Source: Nymphaea colorata
Lineage: Eukaryota
Assembly: GCF_008831285.2 (NCBI RefSeq)
Contig: NC_045138.2
Location: 28,210,001-28,274,000, forward strand
Length of the DNA stretch: 64,000 nt
Reading direction: 5' to 3'
The notes below the pieces were generated by a model that was not told where the DNA came from, did no database searches, and saw only the letters and a list, made by a program, of their open reading frames with translations. Every line of letters starts with the position of its first letter. The first letter of the stretch is position 1. The position numbers were made by a program, and so were the translations under genes. Below, piece by piece: positions 1-14,140 of the stretch.

Positions 1-3000
1 TATATCTGATGCACACAAAATATATATTATATTGCTGAGGATATCAAATAACTAAAAGAGTGTTCAATACTACAAGTTATATGATAGAAACGGATCTAAG
101 CGTCAGTTTCTGATCAATGTGTGACAAGTGTCAATATAAAAAGTATATTTTATATCAACACGTCAAATCATGTCCTCTGATGAAAAACATGAACTCCTCG
201 GCACTATAGTGACAAATTTCCCGATATCCTACAAGATGCTCACGAGAATATCATGTTCTTTTTCAAATTCCATCCAATCGAAAAGATCCAGCCGCGTCAA
301 GTTTCGCAAGTGGAATATTTTTGTGATTATGAAATACGGATTATCAGACGCATTTTTGTTTTTTTAATCACGAAAAGATTGAGAATAATTGCTTCCCCTT
401 CAATAGTTCAGTTCATTTTAAATATCGGGGGACCTTTTTTTTCATGGTTTTAAATTCAGAATCCGAATCTGAGTTCATAACTAATTTGAATCTGAATCCA
501 AATCTCGCGTAACTACTGTTTGATCCAATGACAAGGGAAAAACGGACCCTGCATGTTACATGTGAATTGCACAAATGGATCACGCCACATCCAAATCCAA
601 TTAAGTCAAAGATTACAAATCCGAATCTGGTCCACGAAGATATAGGCACAGTATTCTAAGATCCATGTCTGAAATTATAACGTAATGGAGTTCGGGCAGT
701 GGAAGAAAACGGAGCCCGAAATCCAAAAGCACAGAGTTTCGCTATGGCGCGGGGGTTTGCCTCCATCAGAAAAAAACCCTTGTTGGCAGAACCGTCCATC
801 GTTAAGATACACGGTGTAGAATTGAGCGCATGGTGTTACCGTGCTCGACAATTTCGTTTATCCGCCCCTTATCAACTGCGGTCCCTAATTTTTACCGTCG
901 ACGCCCGGCGCGTCATGTTCTAAAAAAGCCCCGGCGAGAACTCGAATATTACAAGCCGGAAGGGCTGACGGCTCCGGCTCGTCCCAACTAAACCCTAGCT
1001 TTTCAACTTCACGTGAAATTCTCAAATCCTTTGATTAGTTCATACTATTTTTTAGAAGTACTTTGAATCTCTAAGCAAACTCTACATTAATCTGATGTTT
1101 TGACATAAAATGCCTTTTTGAGAGCAAATGGTAACTCGGGACTCGATCGAGCCGGTCAAGGGTAGACCCGATCTCGAGGCGAGACCATTGACGAAGGCCT
1201 TGGTCTAGTCAGCAGAGCCAAGCGGGTTCAGCCTTTTCATGCACCAACCCAACTGAGTCAAAAGTTATGAGCTTGCTTTATGCTAAGTAAAAAGAGAGAC
1301 ATGACTTTAGCTGAGTGATGAGGCAAAAGCCAAGCCAAGTGAGAAGAGATAAAAGAATGGAGTATGAGAGAAGGCAACCCCCCCTTCAATATTAGATAAT
1401 TAGGTTATGAATAGTGGGACTAACTGGACCTAACTTTATCCTCCCTTTCCCATACCAGTCATACCCAACCCTCTAAACAACCCCCCAAGTTAACCTATAA
1501 AACACTCTTCCTACCAGGCAATGGGACCCACCATGTATTATTCCTCATATAATAGGAATAATTATCTCCCTTTTTTTCTTCTCACTGTTTCCTTTTGGGC
1601 TTTTCCCTTCAACTAAAACACATATTCACTGACACCAATTTTCTCAACTTAAGTTTTTGTTTGGGACTTTTCTCTAAGCAGAATGACAGAAACAGTGAAC
1701 AAAGCAGGGAAAGATGTCAAGGTTCATGGGACCTTTCTTTGCTCAATAATTACTATTTACTGCACAGAGTATGTATGTACATGAATTTTGGATCTAAACA
1801 TTGGATCTGAAAGCCAAATAAATGGTTTTCTGATAATGAATCAATTAAATAGGCATTTAAAATCTCATTGTATTTATATGTACATGCAATGGATCTTTTT
1901 ATTTCTTGATTGTTGATTAATGACAGTGAGCATGGGGAAGGGGTTTAGGATGTTGGAAAAAAGCAAATTTAGCTTGGGATTACGTATTAGTCGGGTGCTT
2001 GTAGGAAAAGCTTCCCATTGTTGCTGCATATGTTGCAGTATAAAATATTGTTTTCAAGGGGTCCATCGAGTGTACTGCTCATTTGCCTTGCATTTCAAGC
2101 AACCTTTGAGTTCACCCTCTTCTCTCTCTGCAACCCCTCATGGCAAAAAGAATGATGAGATCCGCAAGTTGAGTTTTCTCTCACCGAAAGATCAAAGACC
2201 CATGTGAGTTCTTTCCCTTCTTCCCTTCATTTCTTTCGTTTTCTTTCCTCTCATGCTTTTCTTTACAGAAGAACAAGAATTACAGTAGCTAGCAGTTGTT
2301 ATTCTGCAAGGCTACAGAGGATTGTTACCATCATTTCGGGGTATGGAATTTTGCCTGTCACGACCACTTACAGTTTGTGGTCGCTTGTGAAAATTTGAAA
2401 ACAGGTGGTGGGGAGGCAGTTTTTTTTTTTTTTTTCTCTCCGTTGCCTTCCTTTTTTTTTTCTGCTTTAGTAAGGTACAGCCATTAAAAAAAAAAATTAG
2501 GGTTTCACTGCTGCACAAACTATACGTGCTTCCTGCTTAATTTTAGCATAAAGCCGAATGCTTGCCTGACCTTTTCCTTTTCTATTTGGCTTCAGTTAAA
2601 GTAGAGAGTTCCACTTCCACACCTTCTTCTTCTTCTTCTTCTCGTTCCTCCTCCTACTCTTCTTCTTCTCTCTCTCTATGGGGGGTGTTGTGTGATCCAT
2701 TCTTATTCAAATTCCTCATGTTTGTTCCGGAATCTTTTCCTTGTTTTTCTCTTTGGAACTTTCATGGTTGAAATTAGAAACCCATGTTTGGAAACTTATA
2801 AAATTCTTGATTCTTTTGTTTCTTGCCTACAGTTTATTTTTCCATGTAGCACAGTGCTGAGAAACACGAGATTGGAGTCTTGAATTGGGTTGGCTGTTGG
2901 TTTCAATTTCCGGACCACCTAGGCATGCAGCGGAATTCAGGTATACTTCGTCGCGACAGATGACAATTTCCGCCGGAATATTCAGCCGGTGAATTCTTTA

Positions 3001-3074
3001 CGGCGAGCTGATCAGGAGGATGGAAGAGAGCGGAATTATCATGGGGTGGTTGTGAGTAACTTTTGCTTGAGAAA

Positions 3075-6000
3075 ATGGATAAGAGCCATCTGCCATCGAT
3101 CAGTAGCGCCGATCTAATTGATGCAAAGCTTGAAGAGCATCAGCTCTGCGGATCTCAACACTGTCCTGGATGTGGGCACAAGCTGCAATGCAAACCAGTA
3201 CTGCTCTCTCTCTCTCTTTCTCACACACAAACCACGCACATTCATTTTGAAGGAGATGGGTCATCGGTGTTGTGGTGAAGATGATGACTTGCCAAGTTTT
3301 TTCTTTTTTCTTTTTCTTCAGAACTGGGTGGGACTTCCTGCAGGTGTGAAATTTGATCCGACTGATCAGGAGCTGATAGAACACCTTGAGGCAAAAGTTC
3401 AATGCGAGCAGTCAAAGGCTCATCCTCTAATTGATGAATTCATCCCCACCATTGAAGGCGAAGATGGAATTTGTTACACCCACCCGGAAAAACTCCCAGG
3501 TCTCTCTCACTCTCTTTCTTTTTCTCTGTATAGAAACATATACACGACCACATAGGCAAAACATTATTCCCAACTTTGTTTAACACGTATACAATAATAT
3601 TATTCCTTCTTGAAATTATAACCTCCAAGAAACTACGCTTGGGATCAGAGACCCGGTCAGGCTGTTGTTTGCCTGCCGGACGCATGGTCGCCATCTTTAT
3701 GGCCCAAAACGCCAGGCGATCCTCGGCTCTCAAGAAGGCTACTGCTTTACCCGGCACTTGGGATTCGGATCAATAATGGAGGAAAAAACCATGAGATCTC
3801 TCTCTATGTGCTTGAGGCCATATATTGGAGAAGCGATTCCAAGCGCTTGGAGGAACTCAACACGATCTGTGTTTTGACATCATTGGAGAAACTGATGCAG
3901 GTGTGACAAGGGACGGGCTGAGCAGACACTTCTTCCACAGGCCATCAAAGGCGTATACAACGGGGACAAGGAAAAGGAGAAAGATACAGACAGAGTGTGA
4001 CCTGCCGGGCGGTGAAACAAGGTGGCACAAGACAGGCAAGACAAGGCCTGTCATGGTCAATGGGAAGCAGAAAGGCTGCAAGAAGATCTTGGTCCTCTAC
4101 ACAAACTTTGGGAAGCACAGGAAGCCTGAGAAGACCAACTGGGTCATGCACCAGTACCATCTGGGTCAGCATGAGGAGGAGAAGGAAGGGGAGCTTGTGG
4201 TCTCCAAGATCTTCTATCAAACCCAGCCCAGGCAGTGCAACTGGTCGGATAGAGCAGCCAGTGGGGACAATGCCGCTTCTTCTCATGAGAGGCTGAAGAC
4301 AAATTCCCAATCAAGCACTGAGCACGTCGAACACAGAATTGAGGGCGGAAGTGGGAGTTCTTCATCAAAAGAGGCTACTCAAAGAGATGAGCTCTCAAGG
4401 GCCACAATTTCAAGCTATAGCTCCCTGGATGTTCAACAGCTGAAAAATGATACCTTCAGTTTTGTACCATTTAGGAAGAGCTTTGATGAGGTATGCTGGA
4501 TCTCTCGAAAACTTCCATTGCATAGACACCAAATTTCATTTGAATTTTGACAAAATTTTAGTTAAACGTCTGGAACTCTCTAGGAAGCAACATATGGAAC
4601 TTTAATCATCATGATATATGTCGAAACTTTCGTTACGGAGCATGAAAAGACAGTATCCTGCCAGCCTATGTTTTCCCGGTAATTCCCCCTACGAAATAAA
4701 AGAAAGTTGGAATCTTTCAGAGAATATTTGTCAGCCATGGGCTCGCCATACATGTGAAGCACAGAAGCAGTGAACGGTCAAGGACAATATCTTGTTCAAG
4801 AAAATCTAAAAGTTCCATGACATTGAATTTCATGTGAATTTCAAAGAATTGAGTCAGTTTTCATTCTATCATAATGATTATAATTGGTGAATAATGGCTT
4901 GTTTCTCCTTCTTTCCAAAGAGTGCTGAAGTTGGAGATTGCACTCCACGCGCGCGTGAAGAGCAGGAGGAGCATGAGAAAATGGGGCTTGGAATGGGTCA
5001 TGAGCCTCATCAGGTGGTGGCAGCAGCAGCAGCTTTCCATATAAGTAGGCCCTCAAATCCCATCTCCACCATACTGCCGTCTCCAATGCACCAGACTTCA
5101 CTTGTCATGGATGATTCCTTTCACGTTCCCGGATTTCTCCTCCACTCTGAAAAATTTCAGGTACCCACATCGCCATTTCCCTGTAATCTCCTAATGAACA
5201 AGATAATCACTTGATCCGCGACACCAACTTGTTAATTTGTGTTCATGGTCGCATAGCAGAACCAGCAGCAACAGCAGCCAAAGTTGGCAGAAAGACCTGC
5301 TTCTTCTTCATATAAGCTGCCACTGGATGAGATGTTTGATTGCACCCACCAGGATATGAAAGTAAGTGGGCCATGTTCTTCTACCCTTGTTTTTTTTCCT
5401 TCTTCTATGCCATGCTCATATATTCTTGTTGCTCAACCAAAAGAAAGGTGAAGTCTAACTGTCCTTGGTGCCTAGACTTTAATTAGGGAGGGAAAGAGCT
5501 AGCAGGTTCAGTGTTCCGGAAGAGAATGTTAGTTGGACAATAAAATTGGTTTGAGTACTTGGGGTCTGAATGAGGAAACAGAAAATAAAGCTAGAGAATT
5601 TCTCAAGAGTGGATCGAAGTTAATTTGTTGGGCTATCATTGGTGGGAGCTGGCGTCCAAGGAAACAAAATTTGTTTTTTTGTTCTTTTCTGATAAAAATA
5701 ATCGCCTCAGAGAGAGAGAGAGAGAGAGATTGTAGGCAGCATCGATGAATAGAAGACAGCATGACTGGGGTTGGCTTTTGCAAAGGAACGAATATGTATA
5801 GTTGGTAAGAAATTCCTATAGGGGGTTGCGGTAAATAAAGAAAAAAGGAAAAACCAAAAGAAGAAACAAAAAGAAGAGCAAATCGAGGGGGTTGCATCAA
5901 AAGACATAAGCTTCCGATTTCATGCACTTTGATAAAAGAATACCTTTTCTGATCCACCGTTCTCATCTTTCACACAGCAATAGCCATTTACAGAACTCAA

Positions 6001-6202
6001 TTTCACAGTTTTACTGTCAATAATGCCAGAGAGAGAGAGAGAGAGAGAGACTCCTGTACTATTTCAGAACAATTCTACAATGCCGTGACTAGGTTTTTTG
6101 TGGAATGGGTTTCTGCAGGAATCAGGAATAAACAATGCACAAGAAGCAGAGTGGATGAAGTACTACTGGCAAGATCCTAACCATCCGGATCATCATGGAT
6201 AG
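3075..6202 (+). CDS. NAC075: NAC domain transcription factor, NAC075/SND2-SND3 (SOG1-related) subfamily, 6 coding exons
   Basis: Exons joined at GT-AG sites: 3075-3197, 3322-3499, 3901-4490, 4921-5160, 5257-5361, 6119-6202. N-terminal extension [24 protein letters not shown], then NAC motifs [23 protein letters not shown] and [12 protein letters not shown]. The C-terminus [19 protein letters not shown] resembles NAC075-type proteins. Confidence 0.92.
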
Positions 6203-8329
6203 GCTCAAAACGTTCACCCACAAAAGAGAATGGAAAACAGAATCATATCGCAGGAACTGTGAACAGCCCCCTGCAACCCCTTTCCAAAGAAAAGAAGAAA
6301 AAAAGAGGGTCCTGTCTTGCCTTGATTTTTGGTCCAGGCTTCCAGCCATTGTATCTACTAACTGCAAAATATGTACAATAAGTTCTGTCGTTCAACGAAC
6401 AAAAAGAAGAAAAACGGAAAAGAAAAGGAAGAAAAAAAAAGGGAAATTACGAACATCAAGGAGAAGAAGAAGAACAAAGCTAAAAACCGAAAAGAAAAAG
6501 AAGGAAAAAGCTGCTGCTGCTGTCACAACTTAACACCATCGATCTCGTGCCTGCATGCCATCATTATCACCATCATTATTTTTTATGTAGTCTCTCCCTC
6601 TCCCTCTCCCTCTCCCTCTCTCTCTTCCGTATGGTGTAAGTCTATGGCCAAAAAAAAGAAAAGCCATCCTCTACTCTATCTCAGTTCCCATCTCTGCAAC
6701 TCTCTCTCTCTCTCAATTTTCATGTGGGGTTGTAGTTTTCCCTCTTAGAATCCTTATTGTGCTGCTTATTAATTACCCTTATATTGTCATATTGGACAAA
6801 GATTAAATTAATATTTTTCCAATAACTGATCAAAATCACATTCTTTTAATCCACACTCTTTCATGTCTGTAACTATGGAAAGAGCACCCCATCTTTATTG
6901 CTTTATTATAGACAGAGTCCTTTTGCAGTGAGTGTGGGCCATTTGTTTTTTGGCAATTGGAGTCTCCTATGCAATTGAGACCATAATTTAAATATGTGTT
7001 AATACTTAAGGCTAACGTGCATGGTTTCTTCCCTTGCTAGGCCCTTTTTTCTTTTCCTCCTCATTCTTTTCTTTTCTCTTTCTCTCTTTTTTTTTTTCGA
7101 TTGTTAAAAATATCTTCCCCCTCTGTTCAAGAACATGATAAAACTTAACGCGCATGAAAGAAAGGAAGCTAGTGAGCGACCTTCTAGGCACCTTCATTGT
7201 AATTTCTCAGCGAATAAAGAGAAAAAGGCGAGCCAAATCATCCGCTAGCGTTTCTGCAAATGACTTTGCTTTTTGGTCCAATTAATGTGTTGGCATCACT
7301 GTACGCTCAACAGATACCCTAAAAAAGAGAAGGCCATTTAGGCAGGCATGGAATCTAAGATAAGTAACCATACAAAAGTTGATACACTCACTTATTTTGT
7401 GCTCTGTGCCATTCATTGTTTATGTCTGCCGACTCCATGATTTCATAGAAAAATATGGAGTACCCAGTCGATATATATAACAAAGAAAAAAATATGTGAA
7501 TGTTCATTATATTTTTTCACTTATTCTTTTTAACTGCCTAGCAGGATGGATCAGAATACCTTCATGAATAAGTTGATTGTCTCTCGATAACTAGAATCAT
7601 CATTTAATTTTCTTATATATATATATATACTTTTTCTCAACTATTCATAAAATAGTTCTCATAGCTAAAGTCACCATTCAACATATATATATATATATAT
7701 ATATATTAACTTGACGTGTTGAGAGGATTTTGTGATGTTGAGGATGGTTGAAGATGTATAATATGCTTGGTCGTGCTTGTAATTGTTTGGCGCATGATAC
7801 GGATGATGATGAGAATGGTGCTGGTAGGGTGTTCTCGATATCATGAGGGTAAACATGTAAAATATGGATGATGATCATGTGGGTTGAAGGTGGTTTCCTT
7901 CTTGGTGCTTTGTAAATGAAGATGCGGAGGATGCCATGGAAGATCTGGAAGATGTTGATGATGAATGTGAAGGTTGGCATGTTACTGTTAATGGTCCACA
8001 GTGGTGGTCGTAAGATACTGATGACCATAATAACGATCAGCCTAAAAATCCAAAGCGAAAGTTAGCGAGAGAAATTCAATTTTTCTTCAATCCGCCGCAA
8101 TGGAGGCTACATTTAAAAAGTCATATCAATTGTGATAATGACGACAAAAATGCATGCTTAGCAGTTAGGAAACTTAGAAAAATAACTAGCATGCGTCGTT
8201 TTCATTGTGCATCTTTTTCCAATAATCCGTTTCTTGCCACACCAAACTGAAGAAATACTAATCCTTGGGAGCCACTGGAGTTCTGGCTGCCAAGGTTTAA
8301 TGTTTTAAATTAAACTTTTGGACTCCAAA

Positions 8330-8640
8330 GAACGTAACATGGTTCTCTATCGTTCGTGGAGGCATACTGCTTGAAAAAAGGAGCATCTCGAATATGATCT
8401 GATAACGATATTAAATGTCATTATCAAAATTTGGGCACTTCCATATTTTCAAACACATCCAAATCAGCCTTTCTCTCATTCTCTCTCATATTCTGGAATA
8501 TGGATGGCAGGGAATGATGCTTCTTTTAGAGATGTATTTGGTCTCCTTTAATGAGCTATGAAGGCGATCGCTCTGCCATGTATGAACTTTCTGCAGATGC
8601 TTTTCGGGTTTGTGCAGGTTTTAAGATATGAAACGTTTCC
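8330..8640 (+). mobile_element. Possible highly decayed LINE 3' fragment
   Basis: The only support is a GIWMAGNDASFR translation near 8495-8530 resembling the WxIWxxRNxxxF motif. Confidence 0.3.
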
Positions 8641-10939
8641 TTGACCACTAGTGCGTTGTTATCTGTTCATTTTGTTATCTTTTCTACTCCTGATATGAGG
8701 TCTTCCGTCTCCAACATTTCATTCGACCTTCCAATGTCATAACGTCAATCCTCTTTCCCATTTATTTAATGTAGGAAAGAAGAACTAAGGGAGAATCAGA
8801 AAATAAAGTATACGAGAAAAGTGAAATGCTATACTTATTAAAATAAATCAACATATGTGAATACTATAAACAACGGAAACAATTGAAGTCATGTTTGCTA
8901 GAAGGGCTAGACATGATAAATGCTTTAATTTTGTTCAAACGTTTCCAAACTATACATGCCACATTGATCACAAGACACTTAATGCGCCGATCCCTATAAT
9001 ATCATTAAGTTGGTCCGAAATATTAACTCTCGATTCAGTCATTCTGTCAGCTGCCCAAGTTTCTTTTTCTTCAATTTTCCAAAGACTTTGGTGGAGCAGT
9101 GGAAGCTCACCCACAATCTGAAAGAAAAAAAAAGCTACATTCAGTATTTATAAAAAATATGGTGCGGTTTTGTAAAATATACTTAAAAGATATGACGCCT
9201 TTCATAACAAAAAAACTAATATTATTTCATGCCTGTCTGATCTTAATTTATATATATGCCTCTATAGTAGTCTTTTAGTTAAATTCTTCATATTGCCTGT
9301 CGTCAAAAGTATTATGCACGCCACACACACACACACTTGGTTCATGCATGCGATGGATGATGATCATTCTCCAAGGAAATCTCTTTCCGACATTTTATCG
9401 CCATTGCATGGAGGGCAGCCATTGTTCTCTCTTTTCCACATGCAGCAGGGGGAAAAAGAGCACACCATGTCTTATTCAACACCCAAAAAGTTGTTATTCA
9501 TTTCTTTCGCTTTACAAGCAGATCAGCTGTCTACCAACTCTTCTAGATGTTGGTGGGGGTGGCCAACCCCTCCAAAGGGCACATTATTGGGGCCCCGTAC
9601 CTCAGCTTCTAGGGCTGCCCTCTGCAGACATTGGTCCCGTAAAGACATATCAGGGAGAATAGGGCTCAGTGGGAGAGAATAAGAGAACATGGTCTCTCTT
9701 TATGGATTCTGTCTTTAGGTAGGGGCGCCTTCCCTTTAGAAGCACTGGCACTTGCACTTGCACTAATTTTTCTTATGGAAGGTTGTCTGACACAGTTCTT
9801 GTGGGGCGCCTCTGAGTGCAAATATTTGGAGATCAATAGCTTGCAGTCAGTAATGTGAATGGCAGTGTGAACGCGCTATTTTTTATTGGGGCCATAACTC
9901 CAAAAGAGGCTTTGCTAACAATCTTGAGATGGCCCCATTTCCAAATTAAAGAACGAGCCCATGTTTTCTTATGATTTTGACTTAGCCGCATAGAGTGCAC
10001 TGGATTTTTATTTAACTGCATAATCTTGATCCTGAACTTATTTTGAATATTGCTTTGGGCTAAACATTTGGAAACTTTGGCTGGCTTCCATTGGTTCCAA
10101 AAGAGGCAATTTAATTAGACTTTGCACTTGCGCTTTTCATTCTTTAATTTCTTTTTCATAAAGACATTGTTCCGTCAGATAATTTTAATGGGCCGACGTT
10201 CTCCTTTGGGCTTCCAAGGATTGACAAATGGTTCTGAATCTTGCTTAGTTTTGGAGGAGGAAGCAAACACCGATTGAGCAGAACTGGAAGTTAATGTCTG
10301 AGTCCAGGTCCAAAATAAGTTCCATAAAAATGGAGTTCAAGTCTAAACCCAAAACATTTATATTTTCCACGACTTTGTTGGATCCGCATATTATATTTAT
10401 ATTGGTTGAAACTCTTCTCTTTTACATGAGGGAACCACAAACAGGCTGAGTTAATTAAGACATAAATATGCAAAAGAACTTGACGGCCATGAATGTTAGA
10501 AAACAAACCCCACATGTACATGAGTGGGTACTAGTGATAATGTGAATAAAGCAGATCCAGTATCTTAAGAAGAAGGGAAGGGTAGGGCTTAGCTCTCTTT
10601 TTTCTTTACATATGACGAACCCAACGTAACAGCCAACGCGGATCACTTTCAACATGTGATCCTCTCAGCCTATATTGTAAAAAGACACAAACGACTGTTC
10701 ATTTATCTGTATCAGCCTATATTGGAACATCATCAATCTCGATTTTCTACAATCATTTATTTAACCAAAACCAAAAGGACGGGTTTTTGTTGCTTTGAAT
10801 TTTAGACCAGAGGTGACTTCAGATTCTCAGATATAAGATATCATGAAGTTTTAAGCTCTAGGATATGGATTATAACCTCGTTTGGTAAACCAACAGAAAT
10901 CACCTTCAAGAGGCACTTTTTATTCTCGACAAAGACAGT

Positions 10940-13250
10940 GTCATGGGCTCGAATGGTTTCCCAAATGCTTTCTTTCAAATTCAGATAATGTGGAATGAGA
11001 TAGGACGAGAGGCATAGAAGGTGGTTGTCGAGTTTCTAAAGAAAGATAGGATGATTAAGGTTTTCAATAAGACCATCTTCAAGGTCATTGCTAAAAAGCG
11101 AGAGACAATAAGAAATAAAGACTTTAGACCCATAGCTTTGTGCAATAACATACACAAGATTATTGTTAAAGTTATAGTCAATCGGATGAATGACTTACTA
11201 AGGATAATAGTGAGGGTCATTCATGGGGCCTTTGTGAAGTCTCGCATGATTCAAGACCATATATATAGTTCCTGCTCACGACATCATTCATCTACCTAAC
11301 ATGAGAAATGGGGAGGTGGCTTGCCTTAAGCTCGACTTTTCCAAAGCCTATGATCGTGTCTGTCTTCTGCGAATTCCTGTAACAATATTAAAAATTTAGC
11401 CCTGTATTGAAGATTGTGAAGGATTTTGAAGGGCTTATAAAGGGGATTATTAAATAGATAGTTGTCTTGGTTCCTAGCCTTTTTATCGTTGAAGCCGAAA
11501 TTGCTACGAGGCGGATTGGGATCTGCAGAAGCCTGAGCCTAGAAGTAGGTCGGGTTGTTACAATTCCTTAAGAGCTCATCTTATATGACAGGAAGACCCA
11601 ATGTCATCCTATCTATTTATTTTAGCAATGAAAATTGTTTCTAGAGGGCTGAAAGGCAAGATTCTCAACTGATCTATTTCTTTGCCTTCCAACCAAAGGA
11701 CGGTTCCTAAACTTCTCTATGCGGATGATATGGTTTTGTTTAGCAAGGCTACATTTAAATCTCTTAAAAGATATTAAGGAATTTTTGGAATAGCTTTTTA
11801 GGAGAGGAGGTTTAGTCTTCAATTGTGTCAAGTCCTCTCTTTTCACTTTCAATGTAACTAGGGATAAGGATGCTTCTTTGGCCAAGTGGGAAGCTGATCA
11901 TCTACTAATCTCCCCATTAGATAAATGGGCATCCCTTTGTTTGTATGAAAACTTATTGAGGAGTTATGTGCTGAACCCCTGACGAAGATGGAGAGTAAAT
12001 TGGCCACTTGGAAAGCGAGACTCGTTTCCCATGCAAGTCGAGCTTGCCTAATAGATGATAACATTTGCTCTATAGTTGTCTATGGGATGCATTTTTCAGG
12101 CTGCCAAGGAGAGTTTTGTTGAAGATGGAGATAACTATTTGAAATTGTTGAAAAACATAAAGCAATAACAGAAAAAAGCTTAGGGGATTAACGTGGAGCA
12201 TATTTTTTTTACCCATGGAAGGCCATCGGCCTTAAAATTGACAAAGTATGTCAATCTTTTATATGAGCATTACAGCTGAGGTAACTCCTTATTTTAAGGA
12301 GCTGTTACAAGATATTTATTATCAACAAAACCGTTCCTTGATTTTTGCTGTAACTGTTTCCGTAATCTATGTCTTGATTTTTGTCAACCATGATGCTGGC
12401 ATCCTTCTGTTAACATCGTTCTTTTCATGAATATGGGCAGCTTCTTGTGGATCGATTCAACTAATAGAAGGAGAATTCATCAAATAGCAAGGAAATAGCT
12501 GTGCAGACCGAAAATTGATGGAGGCATCGACATCCTTCATTTGGAAGAGATGAATGAGTCCTCGATGGCCAATCGAATATGCTCTGTATACAACAGGAAT
12601 TCATCTATAATGGAATGGCTTGCAGTTAGATACTTAGAGCACGGCAAAAACTTATAGACTATCAAGAAAGCTTGGAAAGGATCACGCATTTGGTCTAGCC
12701 TGGACTGGGGATGGGAGAAGGTAGAGAGCCTTCTTAAAGTGCAAAATTGTAAGTAGGGGAAATGCTCGTTTCTCGATTGATGAGTGACATAAAGATATTC
12801 TGATCCACCACATGAGAAGAATATGGGCATGTTTCTAGCCAGTTGACGCTCATGGTGGCTGACGCCAAAAGCAGCCGTGGATGGGTGGTGGGTGCTGCAA
12901 CCGATGCTAGGGAAGCCCTCCAATCCCTAATGCTGAATGTTGGAAGAGATATTCAAGTGAGCAACTCTCATGGTCTCAAAAAATTGCAATCTAAAGACTT
13001 CTAGAATGCGATTTGGAAAAAAAAAAAGAAAAAAAGAAAAGAAACAAGGAAAGGTGGTGTGGTAACTGAACTAGCGAGAGCTAGCTAGGCCATTTTCCCT
13101 CCCAGGCACAATAACCTGCAAGCTTTGGACATGCTGCCAGATTATGGGGTCCCTTTAACAAATCAGTGTTTCCTATGCAAAAAGGCTAAGGAAAGCAACT
13201 AACACATCTTTATTGATTGTGAAATTATAAAGCAAGTTTGGAGTTTGGTT
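10940..13250 (+). mobile_element. Degenerate LINE (L1-like non-LTR retrotransposon) ORF2 remnant; boundaries approximate, may extend 5' to ~9.8 kb
   Basis: Collinear RT motifs broken by stops and frameshifts: DFRPIALCN (~11120), LKLDFSKAYDRV (~11325), YADD (~11718), MGIPL (~11925), GGxxI (~12520), and a zf-RVT-like CFLCKKAKESNxHIFIDC (~13165-13225). Confidence 0.85.
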
Positions 13251-13911
13251 GTCACTGCTTTTGTTCCTGCTCTAATTTTTATTTCTGCATATTTTGTCAC
13301 TGCTTTTGTCTTCGGTGAATTCTATTTTGTCGGCTCTCTCTCATTCCTTCCTCCCTTGCTGCAAAACCCTTTTGCTTCTTTGTTTGCAAAGATATGTTTG
13401 ATAACCTCTCCAAGTATGATATTTAATCAACATTATGTGAAAACCACAGCCTAAGCAAGCAACGGATTTAGCAACTGTGGCTCTAAGACTCGGGTTGCAT
13501 TGTGAACTTGCAGTCAAGGGAGTGGGGTTGGACGACCGATCTGTGGTTCTATGATCTCCCTGGATTTATGGTAGAAAAATATGATCTATGAGGCTATCAA
13601 TATCAAACATACAAGGCAGTTTATTCCGACTCCTTATGAGACTACTTTTCTAGATGGGATTTTTACGTGGTTGATCTAAGTCAAGCTGGCTCAACTCTAA
13701 CCGTTCAAATTTTTTACCATTATAAGCGGCAGCAGAAAAATGAATAGTTGTCAAACTCAAGAACAAAAATCAATGTCCTGATCACTGTATTCACGTCAAA
13801 CTAAAATGACAAGAATTTCCATTGATATTGCCGCCTACTTCTAGCTTATTAAGCCACGTTCTCTCTCTAGATTTTCGGATTCCGTCTACAGGATGGATTC
13901 ATTAGAAGCAT

Positions 13912-14140
13912 GCAAGGGCGGAGCCAAGGAGGAGGGCTCGCAAGCATGGACGAAGCGAGGATTTTTTTTAAAGACGAGCCAAACGGTCTAACGAACTTAT
14001 CCGAGTCTGACCAAACTAAACATAAATCCAAAAAATGCATTAAACAACTAAAAAATTTATTTTTTTTAATGTAATTTTTGTTTTTATAATATGCTGGGGT
14101 GGGGCCACGGCCTAGACGGGGCCCCCTCCCTCCACCCCTT
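13912..14140. mobile_element. MITE-like element (CAGGGGCGGAGC-type terminal inverted repeats)
   Basis: Starts CAAGGGCGGAGCC and ends CTCCCTCCACCCCTT with an AT-rich core. Similar to the elements at 15335 and 16873. Confidence 0.6.

Noticed and set aside
990..998. Telo-box AAACCCTAG in a GC-richer patch
   Set aside because: A single short motif with no adjacent gene identifiable in the window.
7730..8030. GAT/GGT-rich tract that looks coding
   Set aside because: Stops interrupt the acidic-looking + frames and no motif is recognisable. Probably low-complexity or decayed TE sequence.
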